Counted from the stretch's first letter, positions 12,606 to 21,517 are shown. The stretch: 28,944 nt of DNA from Candidatus Odinarchaeia archaeon (GCA_029856525.1 JAHQXC010000007.1:1-28944), one strand, 5' to 3'. A program made the numbers and translations. Notes: a model not told the origin generated them from the sequence alone.

Positions 12606-13461
12606 CCCCTTCGATATTGAGAATATAGATATAGCCTGGTGTCCTGGTTGTGGAAATTACAGTATACTAAAAATACTTAAAGACGCTTTATTAGAGCTTG
12701 AAATAAAACCTGAAAAACTAGTTATTGTTTCAGGTATAGGTCAAGCAGCTAAAACCCCCCATTATCTAAAAGCGAATGTATTCAACGGCTTACATGGGAG
12801 AGCTCTACCAGCGGCTACAGCTATAAAAGCCGTAAACCCTAGTCTCACAGTTATAGCGGAGAGCGGGGACGGTGACATGTATGGCGAAGGAGGTAACCAT
12901 TTCATCCACGCGATTAGAAGAAACCCGGGTATAACAAATATAGTACATAATAATATGGTGTATGGTTTAACTAAAGGGCAGGCTTCTCCAACCAGTCTAA
13001 TAAATTTTAAAACTCCTGTACAAGTTGAAGGTGTTTTCAACGAGCCATTTAACCCTTTATCAGTAGCTATCGCATTAGACGCGTCTTTCGTAGCGCGAGC
13101 TTTCGCAGGAGACTATAAGGAGACAAAAGAGATAATAAAAAAAGCCTTAAAACATAAAGGCTACGCTTTAGTAGATATTTTCCAACCGTGTGTAACATAT
13201 AATAAAGTAAACACTTATCAATGGTTTAAAGAAAACACCTATTATCTAGATGAAACGCATAACGTATACGATAGATTAGAAGCCTTCAAGAAATCCATTG
13301 AAACCGGGAAATATCCGCTTGGAATATTTTACATTAACCCTAACAAGAAAACTTTTGAAGAAAACCTACCGCCTTATAAAAATAACAGTATACCAATCAT
13401 AGAACAAGAGTTCGACAAAACAAAGCTGATCGAGCTTGTTAACAGTAAAAAGAATAGTTAA
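12595..13461 (+). CDS. korB: 2-oxoacid:ferredoxin oxidoreductase beta subunit
   Basis: [20 protein letters not shown]-binding [12 protein letters not shown]...[13 protein letters not shown]; overlaps korA. Confidence 0.93.
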   Translation: MKANPFDIENIDIAWCPGCGNYSILKILKDALLELEIKPEKLVIVSGIGQAAKTPHYLKANVFNGLHGRALPAATAIKAVNPSLTVIAESGDGDMYGEGGNHFIHAIRRNPGITNIVHNNMVYGLTKGQASPTSLINFKTPVQVEGVFNEPFNPLSVAIALDASFVARAFAGDYKETKEIIKKALKHKGYALVDIFQPCVTYNKVNTYQWFKENTYYLDETHNVYDRLEAFKKSIETGKYPLGIFYINPNKKTFEENLPPYKNNSIPIIEQEFDKTKLIELVNSKKNS

Positions 13462-13517
13462 AAAGGTAAATTATAATATTTCTTGTAAACCGGTAATCTA
13501 TATTTAAAGGAGATCAT

Positions 13518-14174
13518 ATGAGCGATAACTGGGATAGTGAAATAATCGAAGCGCTGATGAGTCTTGATGAAGATTCTTTAATGAAGAAAGTTGAATCCGC
13601 CTTATCCCGTGGTATAAGCCCCCTGGAAATATTAAGGAAAGCGATAACCAAAGGCATGCAAATAGTCGGTGAAAAATACGAGACAGGTGAATTCTTTCTA
13701 ATGCATTTAATGGTGATAGGAGAGTCTGTTAAAAACGTGATGGATAAGCTTCTTCTACCAGCCTTACAGAAGGAGGGTGTCAAAGAATCTAACAGTGAAG
13801 GAACAATAGTTATAGGAACAGTGGAAGGAGACATACATGATATAGGTAAAAATATAGTAGCCTCCATGCTTCTAACAGCCGGGTTCAAAGTCATAGATCT
13901 AGGAAAAGACGTTAACTGCGATGTATTTATTCAGAAAGCCCTAGAATACAATGCAGATATTATAGGTGTTTCAGCGCTGCTGAGCACTACTATGATAGGA
14001 CAGAGAAAATTAATAGAAGAGCTTAAAAAAAGGAATATAAGAGATAAGTTTAAAATCCTAATAGGGGGAGCGCCGACATCACCAGCCTGGGCTGAAGAGA
14101 TCGGCGCAGACGGCTACGCTAAAGACGCTGTTGAAGCTGTTAAAATAGCTAAGCAGCTTTTAAAAAAACGGTGA
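13518..14174 (+). CDS. Methyltransferase cognate corrinoid (B12-binding) protein, MtbC/MttC-like
   Basis: Cap domain (GMQIVGEKYETGEFFL) plus DIHDIGKNIV (DxHxxG), SALLSTT, IGGAP. Confidence 0.93.
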   Translation: MSDNWDSEIIEALMSLDEDSLMKKVESALSRGISPLEILRKAITKGMQIVGEKYETGEFFLMHLMVIGESVKNVMDKLLLPALQKEGVKESNSEGTIVIGTVEGDIHDIGKNIVASMLLTAGFKVIDLGKDVNCDVFIQKALEYNADIIGVSALLSTTMIGQRKLIEELKKRNIRDKFKILIGGAPTSPAWAEEIGADGYAKDAVEAVKIAKQLLKKR

Positions 14175-14180
14175 AACATT

Positions 14181-14324
14181 TTGAAAAAAAAGTGTAGCGT
14201 AGTAAACTGTGGGAAAGAGGTTTCTGAAGGAGAATATAAGATTATAAACAATAGCGTGTTCTGCATTGAATGCGCTACTCTATTTAATAAAAAAATTTTA
14301 ACAGAATTATTTAAGAGGGGATAG
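14181..14324 (+). CDS. 47-aa Zn-finger protein (not in the ORF track)
   Basis: MKKKCSVVNCGKEVSEGEYKIINNSVFCIECATLFNKKILTELFKRG; TTG start with SD GGTGA 7 nt upstream; four Cys; fills the gap between two operon genes. Confidence 0.75.
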   Translation: MKKKCSVVNCGKEVSEGEYKIINNSVFCIECATLFNKKILTELFKRG

Positions 14325-14327
14325 AGT

Positions 14328-15137
14328 ATTAGCTTCGAGCTTTTATTCACAGGTAACGAGCTTTTAAACGGAAGCGTCCTGAATACAAACAGTCAATGGC
14401 TGGCTGAGCGTATTACAAAACTCGGTGGAAGCGTTAAGAGAATATATATTGTCGAAGACGATGTTGAAGAGATCCGCGATATAGTAAAATATATAATAAT
14501 CCGGAGACCTGACTATCTTATTATCTCCGGGGGACTGGGACCTACATTCGATGACAAAACCTTGCAGGGGTTAGCCGCCGCGTTGAATAGAAGTCTAATT
14601 ATAAATAAGACTGCTCTTGAAACTATTCAAGAAAAATATAGGAGTCTATACGAAAAAGGAGTTATTAAAACAGCGGAGCTTTTAAACTCTAGAATTAAAA
14701 TGGCGAAACTGCCTGAAGAAGCTATACCGCTTGAAAACCCTGTTGGCACAGCACCCGGTGTAAAAATAGAATATGAAAATATACAGATATACTGTCTACC
14801 AGGAGTCCCGGAGGAATTAAAAGCGATATTCGAAAAACATATCAAACCAGTTTTAAAAAAGGAGTTAACAGGCGTCAACTACTATGAGAGAAGTATTATA
14901 GTTGAGGGGGTCGCTGAGTCAGAGATCGCCGGAGAGGTTGAAAGAATAATGACGGAGGCAAAACAAGTTTACATTAAATCACATCCTCAAACATATGAAG
15001 GAGTATGTAGATTACGTATATGTTTGACAGCTAGAGGATGTGAAGATACATTAAAACTTTTAAACAAGACGGCTGAAAGACTTGAATATCATATTAAAGC
15101 TTTAGGGGGGAGAGTTTTAAAAGGTGAAGATATATGA
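14328..15137 (+). CDS. CinA-like molybdopterin-binding-fold protein without PncC domain; probable ATT start
   Basis: Frame is open upstream of 14562: SFELLFTGNELLNGSVLNTNSQWLAERI...ISGGLGPTFDDKT, the CinA N-terminus. No in-frame ATG/GTG/TTG after the TAG at 14322 until 14562; ATT at 14328 has SD GAGGGG 7 nt upstream. Confidence 0.85.
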   Translation: MSFELLFTGNELLNGSVLNTNSQWLAERITKLGGSVKRIYIVEDDVEEIRDIVKYIIIRRPDYLIISGGLGPTFDDKTLQGLAAALNRSLIINKTALETIQEKYRSLYEKGVIKTAELLNSRIKMAKLPEEAIPLENPVGTAPGVKIEYENIQIYCLPGVPEELKAIFEKHIKPVLKKELTGVNYYERSIIVEGVAESEIAGEVERIMTEAKQVYIKSHPQTYEGVCRLRICLTARGCEDTLKLLNKTAERLEYHIKALGGRVLKGEDI

Positions 15138-16207
15138 GAGATGAAGAGTTCACAGCTATATTAAACTTTGAAAGCTCTAAAACTGGTAAAACACTCCAAG
15201 AATTCTTAGAGGGAAGGGCGGCTGAGTCCTCTAAATTAAGTGAAGAGCATAAAGAGTTCTACTTGAATCTAGAAGAGTTTATTATGCGAGGGGGTAAAAG
15301 GCTAAGACCTATCGCGTTTATAATGGCTTATAAAGGAGTGAACGGCAGCTTAGATGAGAAAATATACTTACCATCCATCTCTATAGAATTACTTCACAAC
15401 GCAACATTAATCCACGATGATATTATGGATCATGATACTATGAGAAGAGGGGGGCCGACATTCCACACCAAATACGCTCAGCTATACACCGGGATAACCC
15501 ATGACCCGGCGGACTTCGGCCTCTCAGTTGGAATAATAGGAGGGAATACACTTTTCAATCTAGGTGTTGAAGCAATTCTAAAATCCAGCTTCGAAAACGA
15601 TAAAAAACTTAAAGCCTTAAAATTCTATACAGAAGGGTTCCGCGAAGTTATAGAGGGAGTATTCTTAGAGAGCATTATGGCAATACGCCGTTTCTCAGAT
15701 GAAAACGAGTATTTAACGATGATCCGTTTAAAAACATCCTCGCTCTTTGAGAAAGGTATTTTAATGGGAGCTAGCCTAGCAGGCGCTGATAAAAGTGTCC
15801 TCGACGCTTTAAGCAAATATGCGATATGCACGGGTCAAGCATTCCAGATTCAAGATGATATTCTAGGAGTCTTCGGAATGGAGGAGGTTACAGGTAAACC
15901 GAGTGATTCAGATATAAAAGAGGGTAAAATGACGCTGCTAACAATAAAATTATTAGAGGCTTGCACTCAAGCTGAAAAAGATAAAATTAACAAAATATAT
16001 GGGAACAGGAAGGCTACTGAAAAGGACATAGAGTATTTAAGGAAGCTTTTAATTGAAAAAAACGTCTTAGAATACTGCAGAAAGCTCTCGTTGAAACTAT
16101 CAGAGGAAGCGGTGAAACATCTTGAAAGTGTGAAAGACTCGATTACAAGTGATGTTAAAGAGTTTTTCACTAAACTCTCAGAGTTTGTAATAGCGAGGAA
16201 AAAATAA
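15134..16207 (+). CDS. Trans-polyprenyl diphosphate synthase (GGPPS superfamily)
   Basis: GGKRLRP, FARM DDIMD, RRG, KT motif, SARM FQIQDDILG, GKPSDSDIKEGK. Confidence 0.93.
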   Translation: MRDEEFTAILNFESSKTGKTLQEFLEGRAAESSKLSEEHKEFYLNLEEFIMRGGKRLRPIAFIMAYKGVNGSLDEKIYLPSISIELLHNATLIHDDIMDHDTMRRGGPTFHTKYAQLYTGITHDPADFGLSVGIIGGNTLFNLGVEAILKSSFENDKKLKALKFYTEGFREVIEGVFLESIMAIRRFSDENEYLTMIRLKTSSLFEKGILMGASLAGADKSVLDALSKYAICTGQAFQIQDDILGVFGMEEVTGKPSDSDIKEGKMTLLTIKLLEACTQAEKDKINKIYGNRKATEKDIEYLRKLLIEKNVLEYCRKLSLKLSEEAVKHLESVKDSITSDVKEFFTKLSEFVIARKK

Positions 16208-16220
16208 TGCTGGGAGAGAG

Positions 16221-18008
16221 ATGGGAGTTTTATTTGTTAGAAAACCTGACGGGGAGACTGTGAAACTAGAGTTTAAGCAAGGTGAAACTATACTATCATG
16301 TCTTCAAAGAAACGGAGTATACTTAAATGCTGTTTGCAACGGTCAAGGTAAATGCTTAAAATGTAAAGTTAAATTACAAAGCGGGGACCTAGAGGCGCGT
16401 GAACGGGGAACGGTATTAGCGTGCCAAACCAGGTTATTAAGAGACACTCAGATCGAAATACCTTTTTCAAGCGTCGTACCTACAATGCGAATGATGATCG
16501 GGTATGAGCCTCCTACCATAGTTAACCCGCCTGTTAAAAAAATCAGCTTACAGATATTATTAGATAATTTCAAGAAAAGAAAAAGAAACGAGATAAAAAT
16601 TTTAGAAGAATTGAATAAGCAGGGTGTAACCGTTACAGAATTTAACCAGAGTATAAGAGATACACTCCTCCCATTATTCGATACATGCAAAGGTTCTATA
16701 ATCGTAACTGTAAGAGGCGGCCAGATAATACATTTAGAGAAAGGGGGGAAAAGCCTTGAAGCATATGGGGCAGCTGTTGACATAGGAACAACTCAAATCT
16801 CGGTGTTTCTAGTAAACTTGCAAACAGGTGATATTGTAGATTTTATAAGCGAGATAAATAGGCAAACCATGTTCGGTGGAGATGTAATCACCAGACTCTC
16901 CTATATATTGTCAGCTCCAGGTAATCTAATAAGATTGCAGAAGATAACATTAGAGCAGATTCAAAGCATGTTAAATAAGCTTATAAAAAAGAATTTGATT
17001 AGCCCTCAACACTTATATGAAATAGTTATCGTAGGGAATACGCTGATGACGCATATATTTTACGGAGACGACCCGTCAGGGCTGGCTAAATATCCTTATA
17101 AACCATTCGATACAGGTTCTAAAGAAGTATACGCTAAACGTTATATTTTAAACATTAACCCTTCAGCGAAAATATACACGCCTCCACATATATCAGGGTA
17201 TATTGGAGCTGATATAACAGCGGATATTCTAAGCTCCGAACTATATAAATCAGATAAAAACACTCTTCTAATGGATATAGGAACAAACACGGAGATTATC
17301 TTAAAATATAATGGAAGACTTTACGGATGCTCTACACCTTCAGGCCCAGCTCTTGAAGGAGGTCATATCAGATATGGGATGAGAGCTGAAGAAGGGGCTA
17401 TAGAAGCAGTCTACATCGACCCGGATACTTTAAAGATTAATTATAAAATAATCGGGGGCGGTGAGCCGGCCGGTTTATGCGGTTCAGGAATCGTTGACGC
17501 GATTGCTGAATTAGTTAAAGTCGGAGCTGTAAGAAATGATGGAAGCATAGATGACAAGCATAAGCTTGCAACTATGTTAAACTCTGAGAAAGTTATTATA
17601 ATCGCTGATAAGCTTAATGGTGAAAAGATTACTTTAAGCCAACAGGATATAAGAGAGATACAAAAAGCAAAAGCTGCGGTACAAGCCGGTTACACCGCAC
17701 TGTTAAAATATGTAGATATAAGCGTTGAACAGATTGATGAAGTTATAATCGCCGGCTCATTCGGTTTACATATAAACCAGGATAGTGGAAGGTTTATTGG
17801 TATAATACCTCCTGTAGATGATGTGAAACTGAAATTTATGGGGAATCTAGCAGCTTCAGGGGCTCGAATCCTATTAAAAAACATTGAAAGTAGAAAGATA
17901 TGTGAGAGGTTAGCTGATAGCGTAGAGTATGTGGAGTTAGGTATGCTCAAATACTTTCAAGACGTTTGGTTGAACTCACTATACTTGGTTAAAAATCAGG
18001 GGGGATGA
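16221..18008 (+). CDS. Reductive activator of corrinoid proteins (RACo/DUF4445): 2Fe-2S plus ASKHA ATPase
   Basis: CNGQGKCLKC...LAC ferredoxin; VDIGTT, GGDVITR, MDIGTNTEI, GPALEG, GLCGSG, AGSFG. Confidence 0.92.
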   Translation: MGVLFVRKPDGETVKLEFKQGETILSCLQRNGVYLNAVCNGQGKCLKCKVKLQSGDLEARERGTVLACQTRLLRDTQIEIPFSSVVPTMRMMIGYEPPTIVNPPVKKISLQILLDNFKKRKRNEIKILEELNKQGVTVTEFNQSIRDTLLPLFDTCKGSIIVTVRGGQIIHLEKGGKSLEAYGAAVDIGTTQISVFLVNLQTGDIVDFISEINRQTMFGGDVITRLSYILSAPGNLIRLQKITLEQIQSMLNKLIKKNLISPQHLYEIVIVGNTLMTHIFYGDDPSGLAKYPYKPFDTGSKEVYAKRYILNINPSAKIYTPPHISGYIGADITADILSSELYKSDKNTLLMDIGTNTEIILKYNGRLYGCSTPSGPALEGGHIRYGMRAEEGAIEAVYIDPDTLKINYKIIGGGEPAGLCGSGIVDAIAELVKVGAVRNDGSIDDKHKLATMLNSEKVIIIADKLNGEKITLSQQDIREIQKAKAAVQAGYTALLKYVDISVEQIDEVIIAGSFGLHINQDSGRFIGIIPPVDDVKLKFMGNLAASGARILLKNIESRKICERLADSVEYVELGMLKYFQDVWLNSLYLVKNQGG

Positions 18009-18012
18009 TGAT

Positions 18013-18291
18013 ATTAAAGTTAAACTCTTATTCTTCGCATCTATTAGAGAAATAATAGGTGAAAATGAAGTGGTCGTCAACCTAAAAGGAGACCGCTGTA
18101 AACTACAACAACTATTAGAGTTAGTAGCCTCGACGAAATTAAAAGACAGCGGAGCGATATTAGAGCAAATAAATAAAGGGCGTATTAAAATTATAATCAA
18201 CGGTAAACCTGTAACTGGTGTCCGGTTAAATGAGATTCAGTTAGAAGACGGCGACCAGATTGTATTTCTACCACCTTTCGGCGGAGGGTGA
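18013..18291 (+). CDS. MoaD/ThiS/SAMP ubiquitin-like protein; probable ATT start
   Basis: (M)KVKLLFFASIREIIG N-terminus lies upstream of the track GTG at 18070; ends LEDGDQIVFLPPFGGG. No canonical in-frame start after the TGA at 17971. Confidence 0.88.
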   Translation: MKVKLLFFASIREIIGENEVVVNLKGDRCKLQQLLELVASTKLKDSGAILEQINKGRIKIIINGKPVTGVRLNEIQLEDGDQIVFLPPFGGG

Positions 18292-18294
18292 AAA

Positions 18295-19896
18295 CTAATC
18301 AAAATCTTTACACATATATGGGCCTAAAAGATTGTAGCCTAATCTTCTATAATAGGCTCTAACACCTAAACCGCTAGTGACGAGTATTCTATCACAATTG
18401 AATACTTCTTCAGCTAACAGCTCCGCTTCAGCTATTAACGCTTTACCGTATCCTCTATGCTGCCACTCATCTACAGGCAGTCGGCCGACTTCTAACTCCG
18501 GTCCGAATACGTGAAGCTCCCTTATAAGAGCTGTTCTACAACTATTAACTTCTTCTCTATGCGCTTTCGCGGAGGGTATACGCATTCTTAAAAACCCTAT
18601 TAGAATGTCTTCGACAACATCCTCATAGGATAAGAAAATTTCAAGCCCCTCGGAGGCTTCGTATGATTGAATCTTCAGTTCGATTTGATCTAGTTTAGGC
18701 TTCTTACCGTACCGGGCTATCTGGTGGCCGACCTCCCGGTATCTTATCTCCATGGTTTTAATATGTAATTCATCCATTCGATCAAGTAAGAGAGCTCTAA
18801 GATCGCTTCGCCTATTCCCTGCTAGTATTAAACCAGCCGGTATGTCTCTCTGGAATCTTTGAACTCTCACCCACGGTGGAATCTTCTCCATTACTTTCAG
18901 TAAAAGCTCGATAAGCTCCTCTGTAGTGTAAGGTTGATATTGATTCAGCCTCCACATTTTATAAAGCTCAGTTCCTTCTAAAACAAGACAGGGATAGATT
19001 TTAAGCATATCCGGTTTAAAACAGTTATTCTCAAATAATTCACTAAACATTTCCAAATCTCGATCAAAACTCGTTCCAGGTAGACCGGGCATTATATGAT
19101 AGCATACTTTTAAACCAGCGTCTTTAGCTATTCTAGTAGCATCCACCACATCTCTAACAGTGTGACCTCTCTTTATAATATGGTATACGTCATCGTAAAT
19201 AGTCTGCACGCCGATTTCCACCCGGGTTCCTCCAAGTTCAAGCATCCTATCCACATGTATGGCTTTACAATAGTCTGGTCTAGTCTCAAACGTTATCCCC
19301 ACGTTTTTAACCCGCGCCTTCTCTGCATTTAACTTAGCCTCAGTTAAATTATTTGAATTAAACCCGGTTAACGCGTCTAAACACCTTTTTATGAAGTCGC
19401 TTTGATAAGAGAAGTCTCTGGCTGGGAAGGTGCCGCCCATAATTATAAGCTCCACTTTATTAACCGGGTGGCCTATCTGTTTCAGCTGATTTAAACGCGC
19501 CTGCACCTGCATGTAAGGGTCGAAATTATTTTGAGCACCTCTAAGCGCAGCTGGTTCTCGGCCGGTGTAGCTTTGAGGGGAACCGGAACTAGGACCACCA
19601 GGGCAATATATGCAACGGCCGTGAGGGCATTCCGCAGGGGAGGACATAACAGCGATTATTGAAACACCTGAGATAGATCGCGTTGGTTTAATTAGAAGAA
19701 TCCGCTTAGCCGACTCCTGATGCTCTTCATCTACAAAAGATAATAGCATTGAATTGGAGGGGACCTGTTTTAATCCATACTTCTCACAGACCTCTCTCTT
19801 TATTTTCTCAACGCTCCTCTTATCAATGTTTTGAGAATTAAAAATTTTTTCAAGTATCTCTGCGCAAGCAGCTGTTTGAGTATTCAAAACATCCAC
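18295..19896 (-). CDS. elp3: Elp3 tRNA uridine(34) acetyltransferase (radical SAM + KAT)
   Basis: CPHGRCIYCPGG, SYTGREPAALR, ETRPDYC, LKIYPCLV, RVQRFQRDIP, RELHVFG, WQHRGYGK, SGLGVRAYY. Start may be TTG 19887. Confidence 0.96.
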   Translation of the reverse strand: MDVLNTQTAACAEILEKIFNSQNIDKRSVEKIKREVCEKYGLKQVPSNSMLLSFVDEEHQESAKRILLIKPTRSISGVSIIAVMSSPAECPHGRCIYCPGGPSSGSPQSYTGREPAALRGAQNNFDPYMQVQARLNQLKQIGHPVNKVELIIMGGTFPARDFSYQSDFIKRCLDALTGFNSNNLTEAKLNAEKARVKNVGITFETRPDYCKAIHVDRMLELGGTRVEIGVQTIYDDVYHIIKRGHTVRDVVDATRIAKDAGLKVCYHIMPGLPGTSFDRDLEMFSELFENNCFKPDMLKIYPCLVLEGTELYKMWRLNQYQPYTTEELIELLLKVMEKIPPWVRVQRFQRDIPAGLILAGNRRSDLRALLLDRMDELHIKTMEIRYREVGHQIARYGKKPKLDQIELKIQSYEASEGLEIFLSYEDVVEDILIGFLRMRIPSAKAHREEVNSCRTALIRELHVFGPELEVGRLPVDEWQHRGYGKALIAEAELLAEEVFNCDRILVTSGLGVRAYYRRLGYNLLGPYMCKDFD

Positions 19897-19920
19897 CGTT
19901 CTAAAAAATTATTTTAAAAT

Positions 19921-19975
19921 AAACCGGTTAAAACCGGTTTGAATTCCAAAAATTAGAGTGGCAGTGTAAACACTG
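19921..19975. other. Two inverted repeats between rps30e and elp3 (terminator/attenuator or operator)
   Basis: AAACCGGTT-AA-AACCGGTTT (19921..19940) and CAGTGT-AA-ACACTG (19962..19975); T-runs follow on the minus strand. Confidence 0.45.
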
Positions 19976-19983
19976 ATAGAAAT

Positions 19984-20145
19984 TTACACGCGCTGACCTG
20001 GTTGAATATTGTTAACTACTCTTTTAATATAGTTTATTCTATTCCTCCGCCTTGGAATAGGAGTAGGCACAACTTTAGCCTGCACCTTCGGAGTCTGAGA
20101 TCTTACTTTACCCGCCTTAGTTAACGAGCCGTGAGAGCCGGGCAT
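19984..20145 (-). CDS. rps30e: Ribosomal protein eS30 (not in the ORF track)
   Basis: [53 protein letters not shown]; signature HGSL-KAGKVR-QTPKV; SD GGAGGTG. Confidence 0.95.
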   Translation of the reverse strand: MPGSHGSLTKAGKVRSQTPKVQAKVVPTPIPRRRNRINYIKRVVNNIQPGQRV

Positions 20146-20190
20146 TAAAAATACACCTCCAGTTTACATACTAACCAAAAATAGATTGAC

Positions 20191-20208
20191 TATTTAAACA
20201 TATATATT
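20191..20208. promoter_or_regulatory. Probable bidirectional TATA region for rps30e (-) and the putative ncRNA (+)
   Basis: TATTTAAACATATATATT reads as TATA-like on both strands. Confidence 0.45.
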
Positions 20209-20237
20209 TTTCTCCGTGAACTATCAAGGTCTGAAGA

Positions 20238-20430
20238 CGGGCTTCACTCCTCACACATTAAGCCGCTAACAAGTATACTGGGATAGTTTAAGACTGGGAC
20301 ACACCAACCCCCGCTACATATATTCACGCCGCCGATAATTTTCAATGCAATAAGACCGCTGCTTTTAAGCGGTGAATTGCGGTGAAATTTTAACTTTATC
20401 GGCGGTAAGCCCGAGAAAGCGAGGGGTGAG
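20238..20430 (+). ncRNA. Putative structured non-coding RNA, family unknown
   Basis: Closing helix 20243..20252/20421..20430 (10 bp, 2 GU); long interrupted hairpin 20328..20406; GC-richer than flanking intergenic DNA; GU pairs favour the + strand. Confidence 0.5.
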
Positions 20431-20437
20431 ACTACTG

Positions 20438-20746
20438 CTAAATAATCTCTATTTCGATATATACATTGTTAGGAACTCTTATACGCATTATCTGCCTCAT
20501 AGTTCTCTCATCAGAGTCTATGTCAATAAGTCTTTTATGAATCCTCATCTCCCATGTCTCCCAAGTATGAGAGCCTTGACCGCACGGGGTTTTTCTAACA
20601 GGAACCTTTAAACGTTTTGTGGGTAATGGAATAGGGCCTATTATATTAACCCCAGTCCGCTGAGTTATAGCCTTAACCTGCGAGCAAATATTCTCAAGTG
20701 CTTTTTGATCCGTGCTACTTAATCTAATGCGAGCTCTCTGCGGCAT
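20438..20746 (-). CDS. rpsJ: Ribosomal protein uS10
   Basis: [44 protein letters not shown]; SD GAGGAG. Confidence 0.98.
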   Translation of the reverse strand: MPQRARIRLSSTDQKALENICSQVKAITQRTGVNIIGPIPLPTKRLKVPVRKTPCGQGSHTWETWEMRIHKRLIDIDSDERTMRQIMRIRVPNNVYIEIEII

Positions 20747-20922
20747 ATTACGATTCTCCTCTAAGTTTAGCAGTAGTGAAATAGAATAACTTACTTTTAA
20801 ATTTTATGATGTAATTTAAATTCATCTCTTTTAAATATAGCACTCAAATTAGCGTATTTTTTCATATCTAATTTCAGAGAAGAGAGTATTATATCTATAA
20901 AAGCGCTTAGATTTGGGAAAGT

Positions 20923-21450
20923 CTAGAAAACTTTCACTCTACTACTTAAATAAATTAAGGTTACACCAATTATGAAAAGATATATATAAGCCCAGGGGAG
21001 TCTAAAACCGTTTATTTCAAAGTAGCCTGTTGGAAATACCGGTTCAACATAGTAGCCGTAGTGAGGGTCGATAAAAGGAATACCTGCTACAGATCCTAGA
21101 ACACCTTCGGAGAAGTTGAATAAACCCGCGAATGTTATAGCTAGAAAATCCTCTAATATAAATCCGATGATGACGATCCCTCCTATGAGGAGGCTTAGCT
21201 TAACAAACCTTTTTTTGAATAACCCTCCATCTCTTTCAAAGTGTTTCGCAGCAGTGTAAACTATTATAGAAACAGCGGTGAAATGTGAGAGGACTAGAAA
21301 CGTCCAGTATTCGAAGCCGTAAGCCCATTTAACAGAGCTTTCAAACCGCGCGTATAAAACCACCCATAACAGGTAGCTGAAGGTGAATGTGAAAAGAAAT
21401 CTACGCTCCTTTGAATTAATTGAGTCTGGAAAGTTATCCCGGTTTACCAC
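20923..21450 (-). CDS. Hypothetical integral membrane protein (about 4 TM)
   Basis: Hydrophobic, aromatic-rich segments; GTG start; no family recognised. Confidence 0.75.
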   Translation of the reverse strand: MVNRDNFPDSINSKERRFLFTFTFSYLLWVVLYARFESSVKWAYGFEYWTFLVLSHFTAVSIIVYTAAKHFERDGGLFKKRFVKLSLLIGGIVIIGFILEDFLAITFAGLFNFSEGVLGSVAGIPFIDPHYGYYVEPVFPTGYFEINGFRLPWAYIYLFIIGVTLIYLSSRVKVF

Positions 21451-21517
21451 GGTACTGGTTTTATATATATTAGTGTATTTAAAAGCTTAGGTTTGAATAA
21501 TAGGAGAGGCGGTTAGT

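Noticed and set aside
14322-14324. Pyrrolysine or amber recoding of the in-frame TAG
   Set aside because: TAG is an ordinary stop for elp3 and other genes here, no pyl genes are visible, and an SD+ATT start explains the CinA N-terminus exactly; kept only as an alternative.
20231-20420. Hammerhead-like core (CUGAAGA...GAAA)
   Set aside because: There is an extra A before GAAA, no NUH cleavage triplet, and the stem III partner lies inside stem II, so the topology does not fit.
20210-20437. tRNA-Ser, RNase P, SRP or 5S RNA after rpsJ
   Set aside because: No T-loop or D-loop, no GAGGAAAGUCC, no SRP helix-8 motif; short matches (UUAAGCCGCU, ACCGCCGAUA) are in the wrong context.
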